Assembly: GCF_028368995.1 (NCBI RefSeq)
Contig: NZ_JAQNDL010000001.1
Location: forward strand, 4,000,001 to 4,064,000
Direction of reading: 5' to 3'
From: Nannocystis bainbridge
GTDB lineage: Bacteria > Myxococcota_A > Polyangia > Nannocystales > Nannocystaceae
Length of the DNA: 64,000 bases
How positions within the stretch are numbered: position 1 is the stretch's first letter; every line of letters starts with the position of its first letter. Below, piece after piece: positions 49,155 to 59,900 of this stretch. The notes under the pieces were generated by a model, which was not told where the DNA came from, did not search any database, and saw only the letters and a program-made list of their open reading frames with translations. Made by a program: the position numbers and the translations under genes.

Positions 49155-50441
49155 TCACTTCGCGGTCCACGGCGGCAGCGCCGCGAGCGGCAGCCGGCGC
49201 ATCACGCTCGGCCGACCGCTCGTGTCGGCGTGACCGATGCGCACCGCCACCTCGTCGCGCGTCAGCCACAGGATCCGCTCGATCGCCAGATCGTCCGGCG
49301 CCCGCAGGGCCAGCTGCGCGCCCGACTCGACCCGCACGATCATCGCCTCGTGGAGCTCCTGCGGGATCGCCACCACCCCGTCGGCGAAGCTCGGCGTCCT
49401 CATCGTCTTCAGCGGCAATGTCAGCACCTGCCGTGCGTCCGCCAGCGCCGGCCCGTCGACCACCGCCGCCGTCCACAGCGCGATGCTTTTATAAAAATTG
49501 TTGTTGTTGCGACCGCGGCCCTCGAGCCACACCGCCTGCGAGCCGTCGATCATCACCGGGCTGGTGCCCCCGATCGTTCCGGATCGCAGCGGGTGCGCGC
49601 GCTCGCCGAGGCGCGCCGCCATCGGTCGCTCGGGGATCGACGCCAGCAAGAACACCACCGCGTCGCCGTGGCCGCTGGCGCAACACTCCCAGCCGGCGCG
49701 CGAGCCTGGCACCTCGTGCCAGCGCTTTTCGCCCGGGTCGTACCAGCGCAGCGGCCCGCCGTTCTGCTCGACCATCACCCGCCCGCCGACCGACAGCATC
49801 GACTCGCCGATGAACTCCGGGAACTGCCGCCGCGGCAGCACCGCGGCCACCTCGCGCCAGCTCGGATCCCCGGCCAGCGGCCCTCGCAGGTACGCGCGCG
49901 ATGCGTAGCCGTCCTTGTTGTCGAACACCACCTCGATCACCGCCCCGTCGTCCGACAGCCCGATCTGCCCCAATGAGCATTGTTCGGAGCGCGGGCCCTC
50001 GACCGCGAAGAACGGCAGCCCGTCGCGCGGCGCCAGCGAATAGCGCGACCGCGACCCCGGCAGCGATCGCAGCGCCGCGATCGTCACCTGCCCGCCGCGC
50101 GACAGCCCCACCACGTCGAGATCGGGCGCCAACCCCTCCGGTGATTGCGTCGGCGCCTCGAAGCAACCATTCGGTCCGCCCTTGCACGGCGTCCAGGCGA
50201 TCGGCGGCCCGAGGCTCGCCGGCGCGTCGGCGATCTGCAGCTCGCAGCCGGGCGCGACCGTCAGCGTTGTCCACGTCGTGGTCGCCGGCGCCGGCTTCGG
50301 CGGCAGCGGCTCGCGCGGCGGCGGCGGCCCGGGCGGCGCCTCCGCAGGCGCTTCGACCTTCGCCTCCTCCAGCGTCGGCGCCGGCGCGTGCGGGCTGCAG
50401 GCCGAGATCGTCAGCACCAGGGTGAGCGTGGGGCCTCGCAT
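49155..50441 (-). CDS. Hypothetical lipoprotein
   Basis: ISAC lipobox, Pro-rich linker, W.PC..GC motif, beta-rich body. Confidence 0.65.
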   Translation of the reverse strand: MRGPTLTLVLTISACSPHAPAPTLEEAKVEAPAEAPPGPPPPREPLPPKPAPATTTWTTLTVAPGCELQIADAPASLGPPIAWTPCKGGPNGCFEAPTQSPEGLAPDLDVVGLSRGGQVTIAALRSLPGSRSRYSLAPRDGLPFFAVEGPRSEQCSLGQIGLSDDGAVIEVVFDNKDGYASRAYLRGPLAGDPSWREVAAVLPRRQFPEFIGESMLSVGGRVMVEQNGGPLRWYDPGEKRWHEVPGSRAGWECCASGHGDAVVFLLASIPERPMAARLGERAHPLRSGTIGGTSPVMIDGSQAVWLEGRGRNNNNFYKSIALWTAAVVDGPALADARQVLTLPLKTMRTPSFADGVVAIPQELHEAMIVRVESGAQLALRAPDDLAIERILWLTRDEVAVRIGHADTSGRPSVMRRLPLAALPPWTAK

Positions 50442-50559
50442 CGACCGACCCTATCACGCATGTTCTCCAGCTCGCGTCCGCTCGATGTCGCACGATTGGC
50501 GATCGGTCCGCGCTCGGTGCGCGGAGTCGATCCGTCACATCGCGTGCTAACCGAGGAAC

Positions 50560-51735
50560 ATGCCCACCTCCTATTCTCGCGGCGTATGCATGCTCCTGCT
50601 CGGCGGCCTCGGCCTCGCCGGCTGTGGCCCCGGCGGCGGGGCCGAGACCGGCACCACGGGTGACGCCTCGACCACCGGCGATCTCATGCCGGACGAGCTC
50701 GGCCCGCGCGAGGGCCCGTGGGAGGTCGCCCTCGAGGCCTTGCCCTTCCCGCTCGCCGACGTTCACACCCTCACCGTCGGTCGCAAGGAGTACGACGACA
50801 ACTTCGCCAACCGCGGCGTCGTCGAGGTCCTCTTCGACCACGACGAGCCGACCATCACCATCGAGACCCGCAAGTACGTGTTCGGCATCGCCAGCGACAT
50901 CGATGCGTTCGAGCGGCTGTCGCTGTGGGCATTCGTGCACGCCGGCAACCCCGCGCGCAACCCCGATCCATCGACCGATTGCACCAAGGGCGCGTGGAAG
51001 GACAACTGTGCCATCTACGCCTATTACGACGGCAAGTCCCAGCCGAGCCGCACCGGCATGGACCTCCGCGTCCACCTGCCCCGGGCGTATCGCGGCGAGC
51101 TGCTGGTCGCCACCGAGGACAACACCGCCGAGGACGGCTGGCCGCGCCGCGGCGACGTCACTGTCCTCGATCTGTGCAGCGGCGGCGAGATCGACCTCGA
51201 GGCCGGCCGGGCCCAGGTCCGCCTGTGCCGCGACCTCTCGCCGGCCCCGGCCTGCCCGCCCGCCAGCGTCGAGGCCTGCGAAAAGTTCCCCGACGGCAGC
51301 GGCCTCGAGGCCTGGTCGCCCGAATGTCCGTGCGGCATCGACAACTTCGGCCAGCTGGTGGTCCGCGCGCCCGAGCCCTGGGCCGCCGACATCACCGTCG
51401 ACGTGCCCACCGATACGTGGCTGAACGCCACCCTGCAGAACAGCGCCCCCATCAAGCAGCCGCAGTGCCTGCCGGAGCTCGCCGACTGCGACCCCCGGTC
51501 CTGCCTCCTCGACGAGACCGACCCGTTCGCGCCGACCGCCGAATTCAACTACCCGAGCGAAGCCGCCCCGCACGGCGCCGGCTTCAACGTCTTCGCCGTC
51601 ACCAGCGGCTGCACCTTCATCCCGTTCGTCGAGCCCGGCGCCGCGTGGACCCCCGGCGCCGCGCCCCCGGAGGAGCTGCGCGGCAAGCTCCGGCTGTGCA
51701 GCGGCTGCCTGTCGGACCCGGAGGACATGCCCTGA
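50560..51735 (+). CDS. Hypothetical Cys-rich lipoprotein
   Basis: LAGC lipobox, many Cys, high third-position GC. Confidence 0.68.
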   Translation: MPTSYSRGVCMLLLGGLGLAGCGPGGGAETGTTGDASTTGDLMPDELGPREGPWEVALEALPFPLADVHTLTVGRKEYDDNFANRGVVEVLFDHDEPTITIETRKYVFGIASDIDAFERLSLWAFVHAGNPARNPDPSTDCTKGAWKDNCAIYAYYDGKSQPSRTGMDLRVHLPRAYRGELLVATEDNTAEDGWPRRGDVTVLDLCSGGEIDLEAGRAQVRLCRDLSPAPACPPASVEACEKFPDGSGLEAWSPECPCGIDNFGQLVVRAPEPWAADITVDVPTDTWLNATLQNSAPIKQPQCLPELADCDPRSCLLDETDPFAPTAEFNYPSEAAPHGAGFNVFAVTSGCTFIPFVEPGAAWTPGAAPPEELRGKLRLCSGCLSDPEDMP

Positions 51736-51783
51736 CGCGCATGTCCTTTCCGTCATGTCCCTTTGAACATGTCCATGAATTCA
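51728..51783. repeat. Tandem array of four TGTC-N6-GACA-like 14-mers
   Basis: (GGACA) TGCCCTGACGCGCA TGTCCTTTCCGTCA TGTCCCTTTGAACA TGTCCATGAATTCA, at a convergent junction. Confidence 0.82.
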
Positions 51784-51793
51784 CCGGCCCGCC

Positions 51794-52744
51794 TCACGGC
51801 GCCACCGTCGCCAGCAGCGCCGGGTCGTCCGTCATGATCCCGTCGACCCCACGCGCGACCAGCTCGACCATGCGGCTCTCCTGGTTGACCGTCCACGGGT
51901 GCACCTTCATGCCCAGCCCGTGCGCGAACGTCACCAGCTCGGCGCTCGCCAGGTCCCACGGCGCGTGCACGAACTGCGCCGGCGCCACGTAGTCCGGGCT
52001 GCCGACGTTCAGGTGCAGGTCGAGCATCTCCGGCGTGCTGAGCGACGTGAACACCATCGGCGCCGCCGCGCGCACCGCCTGGATCGTCTCGAGCTCGGTC
52101 GCCGCGATCACCACCCGCTCCAGCGCCCCGTGCTCCGCGAGCGCCGACAGCAGCCCCTCCACGATCGGCGGATCGTTCTGCTTGATCTCGATCAAGCAGT
52201 ACGACTCCGGGAATTTTTCGAGGATCTCCTCCAGCGTCGGGATAACGATCCCCGCCCCGCGGTACGGGAACGTCTGCCCCCCGTCGGTCGTGAAGCGATA
52301 GCCCGCGTCGAGCGCCCGTAGCTGCGCCAGCGTCTGCGCCTTGATCGGCCCTGTCCCGTCGGTCGTGCGGTCGACCGTCCCGTCGTGCATCGCCACGATC
52401 ACCCCGTCGCTGCTCGCGTGCACATCGAACTCGAGCACGTCCGCCCCGACCGCCAGCGCGTGCTCGAACGCCAGCAGCGTCTCCTCCGGCCGCAGCGACG
52501 CCCCCCCGCGATGCGCGATGTTCAGAAATTTGTCCGACAGCAACAGGTTGCCGACCGGCTCGCCCGTCGTGCTGCTCGAGCTCGTCGGCACCTCGCCCGT
52601 GCTCGTCGTGCTCGCCGTGCCCGCCGTGCCCGTCGTGGACCCCGTCGAGCCCGTCCCACTCGTACTACCTGTCTCTCCGGACATATCGGTCGAACCACAG
52701 CCGATCCCGGCGATCACGAGGACTGTCCCGAGCGCTCGCAGCAT
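51794..52744 (-). CDS. Glycerophosphodiester phosphodiesterase lipoprotein
   Basis: GIGC lipobox, IAHRGG, PEETL.AF, EFDVH, MHDGTVDRTT, IEIK, WTVN, GIMTD. Confidence 0.9.
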   Translation of the reverse strand: MLRALGTVLVIAGIGCGSTDMSGETGSTSGTGSTGSTTGTAGTASTTSTGEVPTSSSSTTGEPVGNLLLSDKFLNIAHRGGASLRPEETLLAFEHALAVGADVLEFDVHASSDGVIVAMHDGTVDRTTDGTGPIKAQTLAQLRALDAGYRFTTDGGQTFPYRGAGIVIPTLEEILEKFPESYCLIEIKQNDPPIVEGLLSALAEHGALERVVIAATELETIQAVRAAAPMVFTSLSTPEMLDLHLNVGSPDYVAPAQFVHAPWDLASAELVTFAHGLGMKVHPWTVNQESRMVELVARGVDGIMTDDPALLATVAP

Positions 52745-52810
52745 TCTTTTAAAGAGTATCACGCGGCCGCTCACGTCTCAGCCTCGGGTTTGCGCATCGT
52801 CACGCGGCCT

Positions 52811-53713
52811 TCAGCCGGCGCGCAGCGCCGCCGAGCGCTCCGCGAACGCCCGCACGTGCTGCAAGATCGATCGCAGCTTCGGCAGCCCTGCCTGGGCCGC
52901 GGGCACCACCACGTGCAGCCCGCGCGAGCGACCGACCAGCTCCGGCAGCACCGGCACCAGCACCCCGTCGGGCACGCCCGGGTCCGGCAGCAGCGCATCG
53001 GGCAAGAAGCCGATCCCCAGGCCCGCGAGCACCATCTGGCGCAGGCAATGCACATCGGCCGAGATCAGCGACGGCTCGACCTCGAACGACTCGCCGGTCA
53101 ACGTCGGCAGCACCCGGGGGTCCTCGCCTGGCGGCGCCCATGCCAGCACCTCGTGGCGAGTCAGCTCCTCGAGTGATTTCGGCGTCCCGCGGCGCCCCAC
53201 GTACTCCGTCGTCGCCACCAGCCACTCGCGCAGGCGCCACACCTCATGCGACAGCCACGGCCCCGCCGGCCCTGTCGGTCCGAAATGGACCAGCAGATCG
53301 ACGTCTTCCAGCGCGCTCGCCACCGGATCCTCGCTGAAGCGCAGCTGCAGCGACAGCCGCGGGAACGCCGAGCGCAGCGCCGCGAACAGCGGCGTCAACG
53401 CGTGCGGCGGCAGCCCCATCGGCAGCAGCGCTCGCAGCACCCCCACCGGCTCGCGCCCGATCTCCCGCACCGAAGCCACCAGCGCGCTCGCCTCTTGCAG
53501 CACGTGGCGGCCCCTCGCTGCCAGCACCGCCCCCGCCTCCGTCACCACCACCCCGCGGGCGCTGCGCTCGAGCAGCGGCACCCCGGCGCGGGCCTCGAGC
53601 GCCTCGACGCGGCGCCGCAGCGTCGCGCGGGCCATGTTGAGCTGGGTCGCCGCGGCCAGGAACGAGCCGGTCTCGACCACGCCGACGAAGGCCCTGAACT
53701 CCTCGAGATCCAT
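52811..53713 (-). CDS. LysR-family regulator
   Basis: FVGVVETGSF.AAA..L...ATL.RRV..LE...GVPLLER HTH plus substrate-binding domain. Confidence 0.9.
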   Translation of the reverse strand: MDLEEFRAFVGVVETGSFLAAATQLNMARATLRRRVEALEARAGVPLLERSARGVVVTEAGAVLAARGRHVLQEASALVASVREIGREPVGVLRALLPMGLPPHALTPLFAALRSAFPRLSLQLRFSEDPVASALEDVDLLVHFGPTGPAGPWLSHEVWRLREWLVATTEYVGRRGTPKSLEELTRHEVLAWAPPGEDPRVLPTLTGESFEVEPSLISADVHCLRQMVLAGLGIGFLPDALLPDPGVPDGVLVPVLPELVGRSRGLHVVVPAAQAGLPKLRSILQHVRAFAERSAALRAG

Positions 53714-53934
53714 CCCGACCGCGAGCCTACCCGAGTTCTCCTGGCCTCGCGTCGGCCCGGCAGCGGCTGCTCGGGGCGAACGCGCGCAATCGCCCCGACG
53801 AACGACGTACCGCTCGCAGCATGCGCGCTACATGTCCCAAGAGACATCCCCACTCCCGCCGCGCTCGTCCGCGCTCGCCGGGCGATCGCACGCAGTGGCA
53901 CCGGCCTTGTCGGCGGCATACCCTCAGCGTCCTC

Positions 53935-56900
53935 ATGGATCTCGAGCACCTCGAAGCCCTCGCGCTCTCCGACGACCGCGCCGCCGCCCTCGCCGGCCTG
54001 TTGCCCGGCACGCCCGAGCACGATTACTGGCGCGGCGTGCACTCGCAGCACCACGGCCGGCTCGACGAGGTCGACGCGATCCTCTCGGGGTGGAAGAAGC
54101 GACACGGCCGGACCGATGATTTTCACGCCCGCCTGGCGCGGCGTCAGCTGCTCCTTCGGTCAGGTCTCGACCTCGGCAAGCACGCCGACGCCCTCCGCTT
54201 CGAGGCCCACGTGCGGCTCGACGACGAGGCCGAGGCCGTCGCCGCCGCCCACCGCTACCCCACCCGCCTCGATCCCGCGCTGATCGATCAGGACGCGCTC
54301 GTCGACGAAGCCCGCCGCCGCGGCTCCGAGCTCGGCTACCTCACCGACTGGGCCTTGCCCGACCTCGTCGATCGCGACCTCGACGCCACCGAGCGCCGCA
54401 ACCTGCTGCAGCGACTGACTCGCACCAACTTCCCCGGGCTCGTCGCCCTCGTCGCCGCCGACCTCGGTGAGAAATCCTCGCACAGCTTCGGCTCGCTGCC
54501 GGTCCACGCTCGCCTCACCCGCGCCCAGCTCGACGAGCTCGCCGCCTTGCGGCCCGAGCTGCGCAAGCACCCGCAGTTCGTCGACGCCGTGCTCGTGCGC
54601 CTGCGGCCGCCGACTCATATCGACTGGCGCACCGACCTCGAGGCGCGCGCCGCCTACCTCGCCGAGCTGTGGGCCTTCGTCGCCGGTCTGCCGGCCGCCT
54701 TCAACGCCCTCAAGGCCCAGGTCCTCTATCACCAGCTCGACCTCGACCGCCGCCGCGGCGTGCTCGACCGCGAGCGCTTCCTGCGGTACCTCGCCCTCCC
54801 GCGCAAGGTCGCCTACGCCCCCGCCGAGCGCCTGCGCCACGTCCCCTCCGACCAGCAGGTCGCGCCCGGTGGGCACGCCGCCCAGTCGGCCGGCCTCGAG
54901 TCGATCGGCGACGACGAGCCGCTGGTGCGCGAGTACCTCGAGCTGTTGCTGCTGCAAGAAGACGGCGACGCCTTCGCCGAGTACCTGCGCGCCGACTGGC
55001 TCGCCGAGCAGCTCGCCACCGCCCGCCTGCTCGCCGGCGCCCCCGAGCCCGAGCGCTGGGCCGCCCTCCTCGGCCCGGCTCGCCTCGCCGCCCTGCGCGA
55101 CCGCGTCGACCTCGAGCTCACCCTCCGCAACCCCGCGCGCTTCGCCGCCGACGCCCCGGTCGCGCTCGAGGTCGAGGTCAAGAACGTCCCGCGCCTGGTC
55201 GTCAAGACCTACCGCATCGACGCCGTCGCCCACTTCCTCGCCCGTCGCGCCGAGGTCGACACCACCATCGACCTCGACGGCCTGGTCGCCAGCGACGAGC
55301 AAGTGTTCCTCGGCGACGCCCCCGCGATCCAGCGCGTGCGTCGGCGCATCGACCTCGCCGGCTGCGGCCGCCCCGGCACCTACGTGATCGAGCTGATCGG
55401 CGGCGGCAAGTCGAGCCGCGCGCTGATCCGCAAGGGCGGCCTGCGCCACACCGTGCGCGTCGGCGTCGCCGGGCCGACGATCCGCGTCCTCGACGACCTC
55501 GGCCATCCGCTGCCCGACGCACGGATCTGGCTCGCGGGCCGCGAGTACGCCCCGCGCGACGACGGCTCGATCACCATCCCGTTCTCGACCGCCCCCACGC
55601 GCGCCACCATGCTGCTGGTCCACGGCGACATCGCCCAGGCCGAGGCCCTGCAGCACCCCGCCGAGCAGTATCACTTCCACGCCGGCATCCACCTCGAGCG
55701 CGAGTCCCTGGTGCCCGGCAAGCAGGCCCGCGCGCTGCTGCGGCCGATGCTCACCGTCGCCGGCTGGCCCGCGACCGTCGCCCTGATCGACGACCCGATC
55801 GTCGAGATCGCCGTCACCGACAACGCCGGCACCACCTCGACGCGGAGCCTGCCGGTGGTCCTGCGCGACGACGCCGAGACCCTCGTCGAGCTCGTCGTCC
55901 CCGAGGACGCCGCCCAGCTCACCCTCACCGCCCGCGGCCAGGTCCGCGTCGCCTCGACCCAGAAGACCGCCGACCTGCTCGACAGCGCCAGCGCCGAGGT
56001 CGGGCGGATCCACCGCACCGAGTACACCGAGGCGGTGCACCTCGCCAGCGGCGCCGAGGGCCACGTCCTCCACCTGCTCGGAAAGACAGGTGAGCCCCGG
56101 GCCGGCCGCGCGATCGCCCTGAGCTTCAAGCACGTCGCCGTCACCTTCGAGCTGTCGACCACGCTCGAGACCGACGCCCGCGGCCGCATCGAGCTCGGCC
56201 ACCTGCCCGGCATCGAGCGCATCACCGCCTCGCTGCCGACCAGTGAATCGCAGCACTTCGCGCTCTGGCCCGAGCTCGACGCCGCCCGCACGATCCACGC
56301 CGTCGCCGGCCAGCAGGTCCTGCTGCCGCGCCCGCCCGCGCTCGGCGACGGCGACTCCTCGCTCGTCGAGCTCCGCGGCGGCGCCCCCACGCGCGACCTG
56401 ACCGCCCGCGTCTCCCTCGACGAGCGCGTGCTCGTCGTCGCCGGCGACCTCCCGGCCGGCGAGTACCTGCTGCAGAGCCGCGGCGTCGCCGACGTGCGGA
56501 TCGTCGTCGTGCCTGCCGACACCCCGATCGTCGATGGTTGGGCCGCCGCCGGTCCGACCTCGATCGAGCTGTCGCCGCCGCTGCCGCTGATCACCGGCCT
56601 GCGCGCCGCCGCCGATCAGCTCGAGCTCGAGCTCGACGGCGCCGGTCCCAACACTCGCGTGCACCTGCTGGCGACCCGCTTCCGCCCCGATCGCGTGCTG
56701 CCGCGCAGCCTGCGTCGCGCCCCGCGGCCGCCGCTCGCCGGCGCCGTCGCCCCGGTGCTCTCGCACTACGTCTCGGGCCGCGACATCGGCGACGAGTACC
56801 GCTACGTCCTCGATCGCCGCAACCATGCGCGCCGCCCGGGCATGCTGCTCGAAAAGCCAGGTCTCTTGCTCAACCCGTGGGCCGTGCGGACCACCAGCAC

Positions 56901-59900
56901 CGGGGTCCAGCACGCCAAGGGCGGCGGGGCTTACGCTGCCAGTCCGGCGCGCCCCGCTGCCGCGCCGGCCACCGCCGCGCCGCGGACCCAGGCGGCCTTT
57001 GGCGGCGAGCAGGTCGGCTTCGTCGCGCTCGATTTCCTGCCCGCGCCCGCGGTCGTGCTCGCCAACCTGCGCCCCGACGAGAGCGGCCGCCTGCGCGTCC
57101 CGCTGGCCGACCTCGGCCCGGCCCAGAGCGTGCGCATCGTCGTCGTCGACCCCGCGCTGACCAGCGTCGTCGACCTCGGCCTGCCGGCCACCGACCTGCG
57201 CCCGCGCGATCTCCGGCTGCGCTTCGCCCTCGTCCACGACCAGCACTTCACCGAGCTGCGCGGCGTCGACGGGGCCCCTGCCGGCGCCACCCTCGTCGTC
57301 GAGGACCTGCGCTCCGGCAAGCTCGAGCTGGTCGACACCGTCGCTCGCGCCCACCAGGTCCTGCTCTCGCTCGGCGCCCCCGACACCTTGCGCGAGTTCG
57401 CCTTCGTCACCCAGTGGCACGCCCTCGACGACGCCACCCGCCGCGCCCGTTACAGCAAGTACGCCTGCCACGAGCTGCACCTGTTCCTCCACTTCCGCGA
57501 CCCCGAGTTCTTCGCCCGCGTCGTCAGGCCGTACCTCGAGCACAAGCGGCGCAAGACCTTCGTCGATCACTGGCTGCTCGGCGCCGACCTCTCGGGCTAC
57601 CTGGAGCCGTGGGCGTTCGGCCGCCTCAACGCGCTCGAGCGGGCCCTGCTCGCCCGCCGCCTGCCCGACGCCCGCGCCTCGATCGTGCGCTTGCTCGGCG
57701 ACGCCGTCGACCTCATCCCGCCCGACCCCGAGCGCGACGATCGCCTCGTCGACACCCTGCTCGGCGCCTCCGCCCTCGAGGGCAGCCCGCTCGCCGCGGC
57801 CGCCCCCGCCACCATGGAGCTCGCCGAGGACTCGTTCGGCAGCGAAGGCGCGCCTGTCAAAGAGCACAAGAAGATGGCTCGCCGCAGCCGCCGCGAGATC
57901 GACGCCATGGACCGCGACGAAGAAGAGGCGGGCGACGGCTTCAGCGCCGTCGGCGGTGGTGGCCCGCCGCCGCCGCCCCCCGGTGCACCGGCCGCCGCCA
58001 AGGCCATGCGCGCCGGCAGCCGCGGCGGCGGCGGCGACTTCGACGACACCACCATCACCGCCGACCTGCGCGAGCGTCGGCGCTCCGCCCCGCTCTACCG
58101 CGGCGCCGACAAGACCCAGGAATGGGCCGAGTCGGATTGGTGGCACATCCGCGCCACCAATGCCACCAGCTTCCTGATCGCCGTCCATCGCTATTGGCGG
58201 GACTTCGCCCGCCACGACCCCGCGACCGGCCCGTTCCTCTCCCCGCATTTGGACGAGTGCGCCGGCGATTTCGCCTCTGCCCTTTGTGCACTGGCCGTGC
58301 TCGACCTCCCGTTCGTCGCCGGCGCGCACGCCGTCACCGTCGAGGACACCCGCCTCAGCCTCACCTGCGCCTCCCCGGCCCTCGCCGCGCGCACCCGGAT
58401 CGCCGCCGTCGAGGCCGCCGAGGACACCCGCGCCGCCCTGCTCGTCGGCCAGAGCTACGTCCGCAGCGACGACCGCTGGGAGTGGGACGGCGCCGAGCAG
58501 CGCGAGAAGGTCGTCGACGGCGAGTTCCTGGTCGGCGTCGTCTATCGCTGCCAGGTCGTCGTCACCAACCCGACCAGCCGCCACCGCCGGATCGCCGCCC
58601 TGCTGCAGATCCCCCGCGGCGCCATGCCGGTCGCCAGCGGCTTCTACACCCGCACCTTCAACCTCCAGCTCCACGGCTACGGCACCCAGCTGCTCGAGTA
58701 CGCCTTCTACTTCCCCGCCGCCGGGCAGTTCACCCACTTCCCGGCCCACGTCAGCGAGCACCGCGGCGAGCGGGTCGAGCTCGTCGGCGCCGGCCCGCCG
58801 GCCGTGCTGGCCGTCGTCGTCACGCCGACCCGCGTCGACGCCGGCTCGTGGGCCCACGTCTCGCAGCACGGCACCACCGACGAGGTCCTCGGCTTCCTCG
58901 CCGGCGCCAACCTCGGCCGCGTCGAGCTCGAGCGGATCGCCTGGCGCATGCGCGACCGCGACGCCTTCACCCGCGTGCTCGCCCTGCTCACCGATCGCCG
59001 CACCTACAACGATCGCCTGTGGGCCTACGCGCTGGCCCACGCCGACCGCCCGCGCGTCGCCGAGTGGCTGCGCCACCAGGACGCCTTCGTGCGCAAGGCC
59101 GGGCCCGCGCTCGTCGGCGGCGTCATCGAAATCGACGCCGCGGAGCGCAATTGGTACGAGCACCTCGAGTACGCCCCGCTCGTCGGTGCCCGCGCCCACC
59201 GCCTCGGCAGCAAGCGTCAGGTCCTCAACGACGCCCTCGCCGCCCAGTACAACAACTTCCTCGAGCTCGTCGCCCACCGCCCCGCCGCCGGCCCCGACGA
59301 TCTGCTGGCCGCCGCGCATTATCTGTTCAGCCTCGACCGCACCGACGACGCCCTCGCTGCCCTCGCCCGCGTCGACCGCGGCCAGCTGGCGACCCGCCTG
59401 CAATACGACTACCTCGCCGCCTACGCTGCCTGCTGCAGCGGCGACCTCGCCACCGCGCGGGCCCTCGCCGAGCCGTGGCGCGCCCACCCCGTCGACCGCT
59501 GGCGCAGCCGCTTCGCCGCCCTGCTGGCCATGCTCGACGAGGCCGAGGGTCGCGGCCCGGCCGTCGCCGTCGACGACGACAGCCGCGAGCAACGCATGGA
59601 CGAGCTGGCCGCGCGTCAGCCTGCGCTCGCCGTCACCGCCGAGCAGGGCCGGATCATCCTCCAGCACCACAACGTGACGACCTGCCAGCTCCGCTTCTAC
59701 CGCATGGACATCGAGCTGCTGTTCTCGCGCCAGCCGTTCGTCCAGGGCGACGTCGAGCGCTTCTCGTGGATCGAGCCCGGCGCCACGCTCGAGGTGCAGC
59801 TGCCCGCCGGCGAGAGCCGCACGACCGTCGAGATCCCCCAGGGCATGCGCGGCGCCAATCTGGTCATCGACGCCGTCGCCGCCGGCCTGCGCCGATCGAT

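Noticed and set aside
53896-53910. Possible sigma54 promoter TGGCAC-N5-TTGT before the giant gene
   Set aside because: The conserved -12 GC is GT here, and a TACCCT -10-like box at 53919 is a simpler explanation.
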